This document shows, piece by piece, positions 36,701 to 47,883 of a DNA stretch of 64,000 nucleotides (the first letter of the stretch is position 1; each line of letters begins with the position of its first letter). The stretch comes from Scyliorhinus canicula (lineage: Eukaryota), in NCBI RefSeq assembly GCF_902713615.1, contig NC_052164.1, forward strand, positions 105,600,989-105,664,988, given 5' to 3'. A program made the position numbers and the translations under genes. The notes under the pieces were generated by a model. It saw only the letters and a program-made list of their open reading frames with translations. It ran no database searches and was not told where the DNA came from.

Positions 36701-39700
36701 TGCACCTGCGGAGACCAACATGAAGTTAGTGCGTATCCTTTGACCGAGGGTGCAATAGCTGGGGCCTTAACAGACATCTTTGCAGCATCCTTGAGCACGG
36801 GTGAGGTCCCGGAGGACTGGAGAATTGCTAATGTTGTCCCTTTGTTTAAGAAGGGTAGCAGGGATAATCCAGGGAATTATAGACCTGTGAGCTTAACGTC
36901 AGTGGTAGGCAAACTGTTGGAGAAGATACTGAGGGATAGGATCTATTCACATCTGGAAGAAAATAGACTTATCAGTGATGGGCAGCATGGTTTTGTGCAG
37001 GGAAGGTCATGTCTTACAAACCTAATAGAATTCTTTGAGGAAGTGACAAAGTTAATTGATGAGGGAAGGGTTGTAGATGTCATATACATGGACTTTAGTA
37101 AGGCGTTTGATAAGGTTTCCCATGGCAGGTTGATGGAAAAAGTGAAGTCGTATGGGGTTCAGGGTGTACTAGCTAGATGGATAAAGAACTGGCTGGGCAA
37201 CAGGAGACAGTAGTGGTGGAAGGGAGTGTCTCAAAATGGAGAAGGGTGACTAGTGGTGTTCCACAGGGATCCGTGCTCGGACCACTGCTGTTTGTGATCT
37301 ACATAAATGACCTGGAGGAAGGTATAGGTGGTCTGATTAGCAAGTTTGCAGATGATACTAAGATTGGTGGAGTTGCAGATAGTGAGGAGGACTGTCAGAG
37401 AATGCAATAAAATATAGATAGATTGGAGAGTTGGGCAGAGAGAAATGGCAGATGGAGTTCAATCCAGGCAGATGTGAGGTGATGCATTTTGGAAGATCAA
37501 ATTCAAGAGCGAACTATATGGTCAATGGAAGGGTCTTGGGGAAAATTGATGTACAGAGAGATCTGGTACAGAGAGATCTGGGAGTTCAGGTCCATTGTAC
37601 CCTGAAGGTGGCAACGCAGGTGAGAGAGGTCAAGAAGGCATACAGCATGCTTGCCTTCATCGGACGGGGTATTGAGTACAAGAGTTGGCAGGTCATGTTA
37701 CAGTTGTAACTTTGGTTAGGCCACATTTGGAATACTGCGTGCAGTTCTGGTCGCCACATTACCAGAAAGATGTGGATGCTTTAGAGAGTGTGCAGAGGAG
37801 GTTCACCAGGATGTTGCCTGGTATGGAGAGTGCTAGCTATGAAGAAAGGTTGAGTAGATTAGGATTGTTTTCGTTGGAAAGACGGAGGTTGAGGGGGGAC
37901 CTGATTGAGGTCTACAAAATGGAGAGGTATGGACAGGGTGGATAGCAACAAGCTATTCCCAAGAGTGGGGGTGTCAGTTACAAGGGGTCACGATTTCAAG
38001 GTGAGAGGGGGAAAGTTTAAGGGAGATGTGCGTGGAAAGTTTTTTACGCAGAGGGTGGTGGGTGCCTGGAATGCTTTACCAGCGGAGGTGGTAGAGGCGG
38101 GCACGATAGCATCATTTAAGAGGCATCTACACAGGTATATGAACAGGCGGGAACAGAGGGAAGTAGACCTTGGAAAATAGGCGACAGGTTTAGATAAAGG
38201 ATCTGGATCGGCGCAGGCTGGGAGGGCCGAAGGGCCTGTTCCTGTGCTGTAATTTTCTTTGTTCTTTGAGCACATTAGACACAATGGAATAGTAGTAGGG
38301 AGGGAAACGGCTGCACTTGAATTAAAACATCCAGCGTGTTTGACCAAGATCAAAAATGTCAATTTGAAAAATGTTCTTTATTTCAGGTAGAAATTCAGTG
38401 GCAATAAAGAAGCAGCTTCTGTTAGACTAAAGGTTAAACCGTGGAAATCTCTAGAGTTCGCGAGCTGCTAGGGTGTGGTTTGGGTCTAGGTAGGGTGCTC
38501 TTTTGGAGGCTTGGTGCAGACGTTGATGGGCCAAATGGCCTCCTGCACTGTAGGGATTCTATGATTTTCCCTCACCCACTGAATGCACTCCATGTGGGTG
38601 CCAGCCCTCGCTCCAGGACCATTTCTCAGGCGAGTCTGGACAGTGATTGACAACAGGCTGTTTCATGTGAATTCCATCTATCAAGTGGAGCTTGATGTTT
38701 TCCACACAAGCAGTTTGTTGTAGAAGGCAGACTCGCTGACTCTGTCTCTCCTGCACAGAGTTTTTTTAAATGTACTTTATTCAAAATACATGTAAAAACA
38801 GCAACATTTAAATACACATCCCTTACAATCACAGGCCAGTTTTCTCCCTTTATCTCCCCCCCCCCCCCCCCCCCCCCGCGACGAACAATTCCTCAAACAT
38901 GAACCACCCACACCGTATCTCGAAGCCCTCCGCTGACCCCTTCAACCCAAAATTAATCTTCTCCAACCAGAGAAAGTTGCACAAATCCCCCAGCCAGGTT
39001 GCCACCCCTAGCAGTGTATCCGACCCCCAATTGAACAGGATCCTTCGGGCAATTAGAGCGATTAAGGCCACAACATTGGCTTCCTTCCCCTCCAGAAGCT
39101 CCGGCCTTTCTGATACCCCAAAAGTCACCTCCATTGGGTCCGACCTGAGCTGCACACCCACTAGCATAGTTTGTGTCCCAAACACCACTTCCCAGTATTT
39201 CTTCAGCCCACACTTCTCGCACCCATCAGCCACCTCCTGAAAGAACTAACTCATCATCGCCCGGGTCAAATGTACCCTGTGCACCACCTTGAACTGAATC
39301 AAGCTCATCCTCACGCAGGAGGTGGTTGAGTTCACCCTCTGCATCGCCTCGTCTATTTCCCCACCCCAAATCCTCCCCCCATTTGTTCTTGATCCTCACC
39401 AAACCTCTACAATAGTCCCTTGATCCTGCCCATACTCTCCAGCGGGTCCAACACAAACAACAACAGGTCGTCCGCATAATGACACCCAGTGCTCCCTGCT
39501 CCCCCTCGCCATTCAAAAAGGAATGAGAGTGTTAATCTGAAAAGGAAGAATGTGCAGGGCTATGGGGCGAATGGCACTAGATGAGCTGCTCATTCAGAGA
39601 GTCAGGGCAGACCCGATTGGCCAAAAGGCCTCCCCGTGCCATAACAATCCTGTGATTATTTTCAGAAGTTAGTCCTTTTTTTTTTTTTTTTTTGTTTTCA

Positions 39701-42700
39701 AAATTTATCCCTGATAATGGGTCTTGCTGGGCAGCACGGTGGCCTAGTGGTTAGCACAACCGCCCCACGGCGCTGAGGTCCCAGGTTCGATCCCGGCTCT
39801 GGGTCACTGTCCGTGTGGAGTTTGCACATTCTCCCCGTGTCTGCGTGGGTTTCGCCCCCACAACCCAAAAATGTGCAGAGTAGGTGGATTGGCCACACTA
39901 AATTGCCCCTTAATTGGAAAAAATAATTGGGTAATCTAAAATTAAAAAAAAAAGATAATGGGTCTTGTAGCAATCATTTGTAATAACCATAACAACACTC
40001 ACTGTCCATTTAGCAGCCGCACTACTCTGGGGTTTTAATGGGTTCCAGCTTGAAGCTGTGCCCGTGTTTTCCTTTATCAAAGGTGGCCAGAAATCCCACA
40101 CTTTAAGGAGGTGATCATTATGGCAACTAACTGTGAAGCCTGTGGACAGAGGACCAATGAGGTAAATATTACTGACTTTCTAAATTATAACGGGGAGAGG
40201 GATTGTGGGAAGAAGATTAAACTATTGACTGTGGTATTGTGAACATTTATTGTGCTCCTCCAATTCCTTTTTTGTCTTGTGAAGGAATTGGCTCCTTGTT
40301 AGATCATTCTGCACCATTAACATCCACTCCACTCCCAAAAGGATACTCTGATGAGCTAGTTCATGGCCTCTGCCAATGTTGTTCTGGACTGATATCTGGA
40401 ATGAGATTAGCCTGGCTAATGCTTCCCCTACCACTTATGCTGACTCTACAAAGGCATGCCCGAGAGTGCCGGTAACCGTGTGGGGAGTATCAGGGTTTTA
40501 TGTTCATTGCACCTGTGTTTATGATGCAGGGGGAAGAACTGAGTTGTTTCCCTTCCTCCCTCACACTAGACCGTGAGCTGTTCTGGTGTTGCTCTTGCAA
40601 AAGGGAAATTCTAGTTGCAGCTGTGTAACTTATCAAAGTCAGTGAGCAGCTGGCTTTGTACAGAAATGGTGCAGCAATTCTAGATTGGCACCTGAGCAAG
40701 AGCTCTGAACAAAGGCAGGAGTTTGTTTCTTCAGGCCAGAGAGATCCTGGACACCACTGAATTAAATCCCCTCACTCGTGGCAAAGGTATAACAGTTGAC
40801 TCTTTTGCCCTTGATTTAAAGACTCGAAAATGGGACTAACTTTATAGAACATAGAACAGTACAGCACAGAACAGGCCCTTCGGCCCTCGATGTTGTGCCG
40901 AGCCATGATCACCCTACTCAAACCCACGTATTCACCCTATACCCCCAACAACCCCCCCCCCCCCCCCCCCGTAACCTTTTTAGGACACTACGGGCAATTT
41001 AGCATGGCCAATCCACCTAACCCGCACATCTTTGGACTGTGGGAGGAAACCGGAGCACCCGGAGGAAACTCCTGTTCACTATTTAGTGACTCATGTTGCA
41101 AAGCCTGAGGAGAAAAAGAGAGTGCATTTATATAGTATCTTTCACAACCATCAGTGCTTTGCCAGTGAAATATTTTTATGCTGTAATGTTCTAATAAGCT
41201 GTTGTCGGGCTGTGATCACCCTTGTGACTGAATATTTTGCAATTCACCTTGTCCCAACTCCCACATGAAGAGGTGCAAGAGGCTGTGACACCTTACTGAA
41301 GTGGGGAATCTGAATCTTTAGAGGGGGAGGATAGCAGAGGTTCTGTTTGGCAAAAAGAGCAGACAGAATTATATAAACATTGCTTGTTCATTCATAGTTA
41401 TTTTACAATTTTAGGTGAAGTCAGGAGGAGCCACTGAGCGTCTGGGAACCAAAATCACACTGCGAATTACTGACCCGTCTGACATGAGCAGGGACTTGCT
41501 CAAGGTACAACATTGTTCCATCACCGTGGTTTGGAGCCGCAAGCTTCTCATGTGTCCTGTTCAATTGCTGCATCTGAGAAAGGAACCTGATCAGTAATTG
41601 GTTACATTTATAACGATAATTAAATCTTTACAAAGGCATAATATTTATCGACTGTGGTTTGTGGTATTCAATGGTTGTGAACAATAATTCTGTCCTTTTT
41701 TGTCCCTTGTAGTCAGAAACCTGTGCCGTCTTTATTCCAGAGCTGGAGTTTGAGCTCGGAATGGGAATACTCGGAGGAAAGTTCACTACCTTGGAAGGGT
41801 TACTGAATGATGTGAAAGAATTAGTGAGAAATGATTTATTTTCTAAATCTTAGTCATTTGTTCTGGGAACATGCAAGGTGTTGGTGCAACTACCTTGGGA
41901 CTCTGGAAGGATTCGAGCTGCTCCTCCCTCCCTGGGAGCAGGACTTAGCTGAATTCCTCTATTTGTTTTAAAAAAAAATTATGTTTGGCATTAGAGGTAA
42001 AGGTGAAGGATTCTCCATGAGGAGGAAGCTGTTGATCCACTTTGTCAAGAAGCACTAAATCGTCAGTGGGAGGAGGGGGAAGGTTGGGGGGGCGGGAGAT
42101 TGAGGGATATATTTGTTTTTTATATTTTGGGGGGGAAGGGTGGGTTGAAGGATATTTTGGTTTAGACAAACTCTGGGGGGAGATTGGCGGTTTTCTATAT
42201 ATGGTGGGTTTACCAGGTTATATTATTCCAATATTATATGTTACTGCTTCACGGCTTGTTATAGTTCTCTGATATATTATCTTTTAAAAATATGTATTTT
42301 TTTTCCCCTTGATTTAATAGACTGTGGCAAAGAACCCATTTTTTGCTGGGGACAGCACCGTTCCTGAAAGATCCAAGAAACTTGGAGAATTTGGGCAGAA
42401 GTTGAACGAGGTAAGAAAGTTCTTAGCTCCTGAATTTTATATTTGATAAATTGGGGTATTCCCCAGGTACTGTTGCAGTTCACCATGTGAGTGAATCCAG
42501 GTGGCATTGAGCAGTGACTGAAAGCTGAGCCAGATTCAAAACCAGGGAATCCTTAAAAATGAACCTGAGGATGACACCGTGCATCCACTGTAGTGACCTC
42601 CAGCTTGCATCTTTCCCCATGGCTGAACTTTATGTAAGTGCTGTTCAGATTCTCGCCATTTCTAATGTTTGTCGGACTTTATATTCCCCTAAACAGCAAT

Positions 42701-45700
42701 GAAGTAAGGCAGGTGACAGTAAATGATAGGGTTGAGGGAGCCTGTTGGCTGTGGATGTAACTGTCCAGCAGATTACAATCAAACTAAAAGCTAAGAGCTG
42801 AATAAGTCTCCACTTGTGCAGCGTGACAGACTCGGTGAGGCAAAGGCATGTGCTGCCCTCACCCCGGTCTGCAGTCCGACGAGTCTGACGTCCCCAAGAT
42901 GGCCACCAATGGACAAGGCTCCAGATCAATGTTAAGAATCACTGACATTTAAAATTTAATTTAAATAATCTTTATGGTCCCAAGTAGGCTTACATTAACA
43001 CTGCAATGAAGTTACAGTGAAAATCCCCGAGTTGCCACATTCCGGCGCCTGTTTGGGTACACAGAGGGAGAATTCAGAATTCTCAGCTGGTAGAGGAATT
43101 GAACCCGCGCTGCTGGCCTTGTTCTGCATCACAAACCAGCTGTCTAGCCCACTGAGCTAAACCAGTAAACCATGGTGCTGAGGAAGGAGACCCAAATGCT
43201 CACCATCTTTCGGCACGACCAGAACATGTGGGTATGGCTGGCGGGCCCACAAAAACACCACTTGCACCTGTCCTCCACTCCAACAAAGAACCCGCTCATC
43301 CTATTGTGTCCATCCCGACTACTGGCCCTTGTCTGCAGTGCCCAACGCAGATTCTCTCCCGATCCTGGTGCCTGTGTAGTTTGGCGATTATCACCCTTGG
43401 CTGCTCCCCGGCCTTGGGTTTTGATCGGAGTGACCTGTGTGCCCTGTCAATCTCTGGTGGCTTGGAGAAGCTGTCTCTCCCGACTAAGTTGCCCAGCATC
43501 TGGGCCACATGGTCTATCGGGTCCCTGCCCTTGATCCCCTCTGGAAGGGCCCAAAATTCGGACGTTTTGGCACCAAGTCTGATTCTCCTGATCCTTGACT
43601 TTGTCCTTCAGGCCCCCCTGGGTTGCTCCACCTTTTTATTTCGGCCTCCAGAGCAACAATCCTGTCGCTCTGCTCTATCGACAGTTCCTCGATCATCTTC
43701 CCTTGAGTTTCCAGCTTCTTCCCCATTCTGCTGATCGCCGTCTGCATGGCAACCATCGCCTCAGTCACCGCCACATGGATCCCTACTTTGATTGCCTCAC
43801 TCAATGCAGTCAATTCCTTAGTCAGGAATATCTTCCATCTATCTCCGGGGGGGGGGGGGGGGGATTGTCTGGGTCGCTGGTCTCCCTCGCCTCGTGGGTC
43901 CGCCGACTCGCTCCTTTTCCTCTGCTTCTCTAGGGCCTCTTGAGCTCCCATTCGCTGGCATACTGCACCTTTCCTCTTCCTTCTTGTTTATCAGTACAAT
44001 GAGTTCAAATATTTGGGCTGAATTTGTCCAACAGTGCCTATTTTATTGTAAATTGGAGGAGAGACACCCGATGGTCGACTGCTCAGCCCATTCCCCGTAC
44101 CTGTGAGAAAAACGGGAATTCCTGATCATGTGGATGCAAGATTCCCCACCGGTCCGCTCCCCCCATTGCTCCATGAAAGTTCGAAGAACCATCACCATCC
44201 GCGAGAGAGCCAGTGATTTAGGGCATGATTGGTCCATTCTGGTTTCCAAACACAGTTAAAGTCCCCACCTAAGACCAGTCGATGTGTGTCCAAATCAGGG
44301 ATGGAGGCTAGCAAACCATTGATAAATGCTGCATCGTCCCGGTTAGGGGCATATACACTCACCAAAAGTACCAGAGTACCTGCCAAGGACCCACTTATTA
44401 TTACATACTTACTATTAGGATCAGCCGCAATCCCGGTGGCCAAAAAAGACACTCGCTTATTAATCAAGATTGCTGCATCTTGGGCTCTACCATCAAAGAC
44501 CGAATGGGGCACGTGCGCCACCCGCCCCTTCAGACTCTGGACTGGTCCCTCACCCACAAATGGGTTTCCTGCAGAAATACCACATCAGCGTTTAAGTTGT
44601 TTACATGGGAAAAGACTCATGATCTGTTTAGTGGGCCACCCACTCCCTCGACGTTCCAGATGACCAGTCGAGTTGGGGTGTGTCGTGTTGTCCGACCCCC
44701 CCCCCCTTTCCGGTGTCAGCCATTTCCACCGTCAGTGATAAGCAAATAAACCTTTATAGCGGCATCCCGGAGAGATGGCAGCCACCCCCACCCGTAGAAA
44801 AACACAAAGCATGTTCTAGAACAAGCAGGCATCAGCCAGCTTCCCCTCTAAATCCCTGTACTGGATCCAGTCCCACAGTTTCAGCGCCCTCTTAACTGCC
44901 CCCTCAAGGGCAATTAGGGATGGGCAGTAAATGCTGGCAGAGCCTGCGACATCTACATCCCACGAACGAATAATAAAAAAGTTATCTCTGACAAGTCCTT
45001 TGGCCAGCTGTCCTAATGTCATCATCCCTGGCACAAGTCATATTTTCTTTGACTGTTTAACAGAGGCTCCTTGGTGCTGTTTAAATGCAATTGATATCAG
45101 TGACGGCAGCTGCAGCAGTTATTGATGCTGAGAGAACCTGCTACACTATGCATGTGGGAAGTGGAAGGGTAAGAGGGGAGTTGAGGAGAAACATTTTCAC
45201 CCAGAAGGCGATGGGAGTCTGGAATTCACTGTCTGAAAGGGTGGTTCAGTCAGAAACTCCCGGAAAGTTTAAGAAGTATTTAGATATTCACTTACGCTGC
45301 CGTAACTTCCAGGGTTATGGCCCAAGTGCTGGGATTAATGTAGTCAGATCTTTGTTGACTGGTGTGGACACAATGGGCCGAGTGGCCTCCTTTCTGTGCT
45401 ATAAACGTCTATGAATTTATACTATTCAGCTTAGACAGTAAGCTACCTCAGTGGATGAGTCACCTCAGCCTCTGAGATCCCTCAAACTCCTGTTACCTTT
45501 GAACTATTTTGACTATTTGGGTTTTTCTGTGCTTTTGCTGAACATTTTTTTTTGTCTGAGTTGGGTTTTATTTTTTTCCTTTAGATTATTTTGGGTAAAA
45601 GAGAAGCTCACATCATCCTTAGAGACTCTGCTGGAAACAGCTACCTACAGGCAAGTACTGCTGAAATAATCTTGATTGTCACAAGTAGGCTTACATTAAC

Positions 45701-46732
45701 ACTGCAATGAAGTTACTGTGAAAAGCCTCTAGTCGCCACACTCCGGCGCCTGTTCGGGTACACGGAGGGAGAATTCAGAATGTCCAAATTACCTAACAGC
45801 ACGTCTTTCGGGGCTTGTGGGAGGAAACCGGAGCACCCGGAGGAAACCCACGCAGACACGGGGAGAACGTGCAGACTCCACACCGGCAGTGACCCAAGCC
45901 TAGAATCGAACCTGGGACCCTGGCTGTGTGAAGCAACAGTGCTAATCAATGTGCTACCGTGCCGCCCGTGAAATAGCTTCACCCTGTCTAAACACAGTGG
46001 GTTCCAGCCAAGAGTGGAAGAAGAAATCTGCCTGCGCTGCTGGCTATGTGCAGAAAGAGCTACTTCAGACGGTGCCGATGAGCTCTAAGAGGGGCTGCTA
46101 TTCAATCCCCTGCATCTCCCAGCTCGGAACACCCCTAAGGACTCTGCTTCCACTCAGATTATCCATTTACCCGAGTTCAATTACTCCCAGAAGAAAATGC
46201 TTTTAGCCGGATGCAGCTGTCATTTAGTCAGGTTGAGTGATGGCTGGCTGCCTCTGTCCTGCTTGTGTCTCTGATGGAGGGTTCACTCTCCTTCATCCAG
46301 AATTAATATTGAGTGACCGGTCAGTGCAATCAGCTTATTGAGACCAATTATTGTCATCGTAACCCTACATGTTTTTGGGCATTTTGTCTCCTTCTTCAGT
46401 GGGTAACCACATCAAGGAATGGAGATTCCACAGATCTTTTATCGTCACAACTTGAACTGGCTTTAATCTGGCCGATGTTGTAAAGACAGAAGAAGCAGGG
46501 TGGAGAAGCCTGGAGTCTGGGAAAGAGTTTCATGTTTAATTATTATTATGGGGATTCCGTTCCTAACATATTTCCTTGTTTCTTCTCTCTGTCAATGTAG
46601 AATTTATATGCCCCGGATCCTGATCCAGAAATGACGGTTGAAAAATTCGAGCGCACATTTGAAGATAATGAGGAACTTGGTTTGAACGACATGAACACTG
46701 AAGATTATCAAGAGCAGAAAGTGGATAAATAA
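24625..46732 (+). CDS. ZPR1: Zinc finger protein ZPR1, 14 coding exons, 1317 nt / 438 aa (gene span)
   Basis: Manual splicing gives one open frame with two C4 zinc fingers (CMNC..CENC; CPGC..CEAC) and A/B domains; exon phases are consistent throughout. Confidence 0.97.
24745..25135 (+). repeat. G-rich (GGGGGT-like) low-complexity tract in ZPR1 intron 1
   Basis: Dozens of G3-G8 runs. Confidence 0.9.
25627..25788 (+). CDS. ZPR1: ZPR1 exon 2 ([15 protein letters not shown]...SSKE)
   Basis: AG/GT, 162 nt. Confidence 0.97.
26150..28213 (-). mobile_element. 5'-truncated L1-clade LINE nested in an old CR1 tail
   Basis: [15 protein letters not shown]-terminal Cys domain; 16-bp TSD gctcagcWagacatgt (26134-26149, 28214-28229). 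Confidence 0.95.
28252..28441. repeat. 16-17-bp minisatellite (gggtttatgggaggcRg)
   Basis: About 11 copies inside the CR1 tail remnant. Confidence 0.92.
28688..28897. repeat. ~42-bp minisatellite, ~5 copies
   Basis: gtgaaatcagtgtaccacagaacgttaccatgtgacagcacacat variants. Confidence 0.9.
29040..29265. repeat. ~28-bp degenerate minisatellite forming the ZPR1 exon 3 acceptor region
   Basis: ggtgaatccattggtctgtgtttaat.. about 8 copies. Confidence 0.88.
29271..29361 (+). CDS. ZPR1: ZPR1 exon 3 ([10 protein letters not shown]...FTQKG)
   Basis: AG/GT, 91 nt. Confidence 0.97.
29346..29598 (+). repeat. 7 x 35/36-bp tandem repeat of the exon 3 end plus splice donor
   Basis: ttcacacagaaagggg(g)gtaWgtagctgctcactga. 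Confidence 0.97.
30070..30740. repeat. 35-bp minisatellite, ~19 near-identical copies
   Basis: ctgttgtagcacagtgacagttgcctgtgttggct. Confidence 0.97.
30784..31002 (+). mobile_element. Poly(A)-tailed V-SINE with TSD of at least 16 bp
   Basis: agaataccacaggtta at 30768-30783 and 31003-31018. Confidence 0.93.
31134..31487 (+). mobile_element. HE1/V-SINE with CR1 tail
   Basis: Complete head, core and tail. Confidence 0.92.
31510..32150 (-). mobile_element. CR1 3' fragment
   Basis: [15 protein letters not shown]...RRRGDL. Confidence 0.85.
32389..32459 (+). CDS. ZPR1: ZPR1 exon 4 ([24 protein letters not shown])
   Basis: AG/GT, 71 nt. Confidence 0.97.
32823..33049. mobile_element. Palindromic, probably Penelope-derived non-autonomous insertion
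   Basis: Perfect palindrome 32820-33013; 12-bp TSD tagattattcag (32811-32822, 33050-33061). Confidence 0.85.
32928..32962 (+). ncRNA. Minimal type I hammerhead ribozyme motif (mirror copy on minus strand at 32871-32905)
   Basis: cac-CUGAGGA-a-ggagc(agu)gcucc-GAAA-gc-UA-gug: core boxes, stem II, palindromic AGCU stem III, 3-bp stem I. Confidence 0.7.
33294..33380 (+). CDS. ZPR1: ZPR1 exon 5 ([14 protein letters not shown]...PFTL)
   Basis: AG/GT, 87 nt. Confidence 0.96.
34323..35180 (+). mobile_element. Two tandem V-SINEs followed by a LINE 3' remnant
   Basis: SINE heads at ~34323 and ~34533; remainder matches 54460-54790. Confidence 0.8.
35256..35378 (+). CDS. ZPR1: ZPR1 exon 6 ([14 protein letters not shown]...MLGLQ)
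   Basis: AG/GT, 123 nt. Confidence 0.97.
35955..36008 (+). CDS. ZPR1: ZPR1 exon 7 ([18 protein letters not shown] linker)
   Basis: AG/GT, 54 nt, ends in conserved RNE. Confidence 0.88.
36315..36491 (+). mobile_element. Second SINE family copy
   Basis: Matches 12206-12383. Confidence 0.8.
36666..36732 (+). CDS. ZPR1: ZPR1 exon 8 ([22 protein letters not shown])
   Basis: 67 nt, followed by U12 donor GTATCCTTT. Confidence 0.97.
36744..38263 (+). mobile_element. 5'-truncated CR1 LINE with RT domain
   Basis: [36 protein letters not shown]; (TTCTTTG) tail; CTTTGA TSD. Confidence 0.95.
38760..39420 (-). mobile_element. L1-clade 3' fragment
   Basis: Same C-terminal motifs as 18185-19010, with A tail. 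Confidence 0.8.
39729..39953 (+). mobile_element. Poly(A)-tailed V-SINE with 14-bp TSD
   Basis: gataatgggtcttg at 39713-39726 and 39954-39967. Confidence 0.93.
40091..40161 (+). CDS. ZPR1: ZPR1 exon 9 ([24 protein letters not shown])
   Basis: 71 nt, phase 1 start. Confidence 0.97.
41415..41504 (+). CDS. ZPR1: ZPR1 exon 10 (VKSGGATE...SRDLLK)
   Basis: AG/GT, 90 nt. Confidence 0.97.
41713..41823 (+). CDS. ZPR1: ZPR1 exon 11 ([14 protein letters not shown]...[16 protein letters not shown])
   Basis: AG/GT, 111 nt. Confidence 0.97.
42321..42410 (+). CDS. ZPR1: ZPR1 exon 12 ([12 protein letters not shown]...QKLNE)
   Basis: AG/GT, 90 nt. Confidence 0.94.
43200..44830 (-). mobile_element. Rearranged L1-clade fragments (endonuclease, ORF1, C-terminal piece)
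   Basis: VSVYAPN..LGGDFNC (EN); [16 protein letters not shown] (ORF1). Confidence 0.8.
45585..45650 (+). CDS. ZPR1: ZPR1 exon 13 ([22 protein letters not shown]), GC donor
   Basis: 66 nt; CAG|GCAAGT. Confidence 0.93.
45669..45968 (-). mobile_element. V-SINE with third tail type
   Basis: V core plus ...gcctacttgtgacaat..gattatt tail; TGAAATA TSD (45662-45668, 45969-45975). Confidence 0.88.
46601..46732 (+). CDS. ZPR1: ZPR1 exon 14 ([11 protein letters not shown]...[17 protein letters not shown])
   Basis: Acceptor and TAA at 46730-46732. Confidence 0.97.
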   Translation, partial: NLYAPDPDPEMTVEKFERTFEDNEELGLNDMNTEDYQEQKVDK

Positions 46733-47138
46733 TTGAGAATTTAAATTGAGGACAGGATGGAGTTAGGAAGGGGATAGCTGGTGTGAAATCTTCAAATAAT
46801 TATTCTTCAAAAGAAATGAGATTGTGATCGAGTGGAGCAGTGAAGTGTTTATAGTGCAGCGTGATGTGGATCTGAATACATTCCATCCAGGTCACAGGTC
46901 CTGAATATTGCAATGCCATTTAGTACAGAATGAAAACAACAGTCACTAGGCTTACCTCCATCTTTATTCTTCTGTGTCTCCAGCCAAGCTAGGAGAGAAA
47001 GTCCATTTAGCCTCGAGTTGGGTCCCTCCCTGACCAAACTCAAATGAGGGGAATCGCAGGCCAGAGCCTATTTGCCACCACCCAGCAGCTCATCTTGCCC
47101 TTGGATATAATTTCTGTTACTTATTTGTCCAGACTTCA

Positions 47139-47883
47139 AATAAAACATTGAAGCCAGATCACACTGGCATGGTGCAGTTTGGGGTGAAACCTGCACTGAC
47201 CAAACTACGATTAATACATCAGGAAACAGTATTGTAGCTGTTCATGTGCAATCCTGAATGCACAGAGGCATTTGCATGATATTTACATCAACTGTGATGA
47301 CTGTACAATATAAAAAGCTTATTTTATTTGTATTGGAATAGGATGGATTCATTCTTTAGGGTTTGGGACAGTGTAGCCTGAACAATCTTGTACATCTGCG
47401 TGTTGGTAAATTCCATCAGCAGAATTGGACTGTGGACCCTCAGAATCCCTAGTCCTGTTTCACAATCCTAATGTTGGATAACATTCTGAAGCTTCCAATC
47501 ATTTAACATGTATTATTTTGATAAGCTTAAAGACGTGGCACAAATTGGTATTATCGCAAGTTATTTGCTAATTGCTCAGAGGCAAAGTGACTAAGTGTTT
47601 GTGATGACAAAATTATAATATACGTCCTGAGCACAAATCCATTTTCTCTGCGTGTTGAAAGCAGAGTGGAAGGTTACATTCTATTACAACCAAAGTCAAA
47701 TGCGTGAGTTCTGAAATAAAAAGAGAAAATTCTGCAAATACCTGTGTCAGGCAGCAAGTGTAGAATTCTAACGAGAGCTCATCAAAGTGAAGCTCACAGA
47801 TGGTGTCTGATCTGAGCATTTAAAAAATTTTCTTTTGCTCTAAATTTCCTTGATCTTCAGTCGCGAGATATTGAATAAATAAA
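47139..47883 (+). terminator. Candidate ZPR1 poly(A) signals (AATAAA at 47139, 47715, 47874/47878)
   Basis: Motif only; which one is used is unknown. Confidence 0.5.

Larger units (their letters stand above)
36733..40090 (+). other. U12-type (minor spliceosome) GT-AG intron 8 of ZPR1
   Basis: 5'SS GTATCCTTT (36733-36741); branch-like TTTTCCTTTAT (40067-40077) shortly before CAG, with no polypyrimidine tract. Confidence 0.92.
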
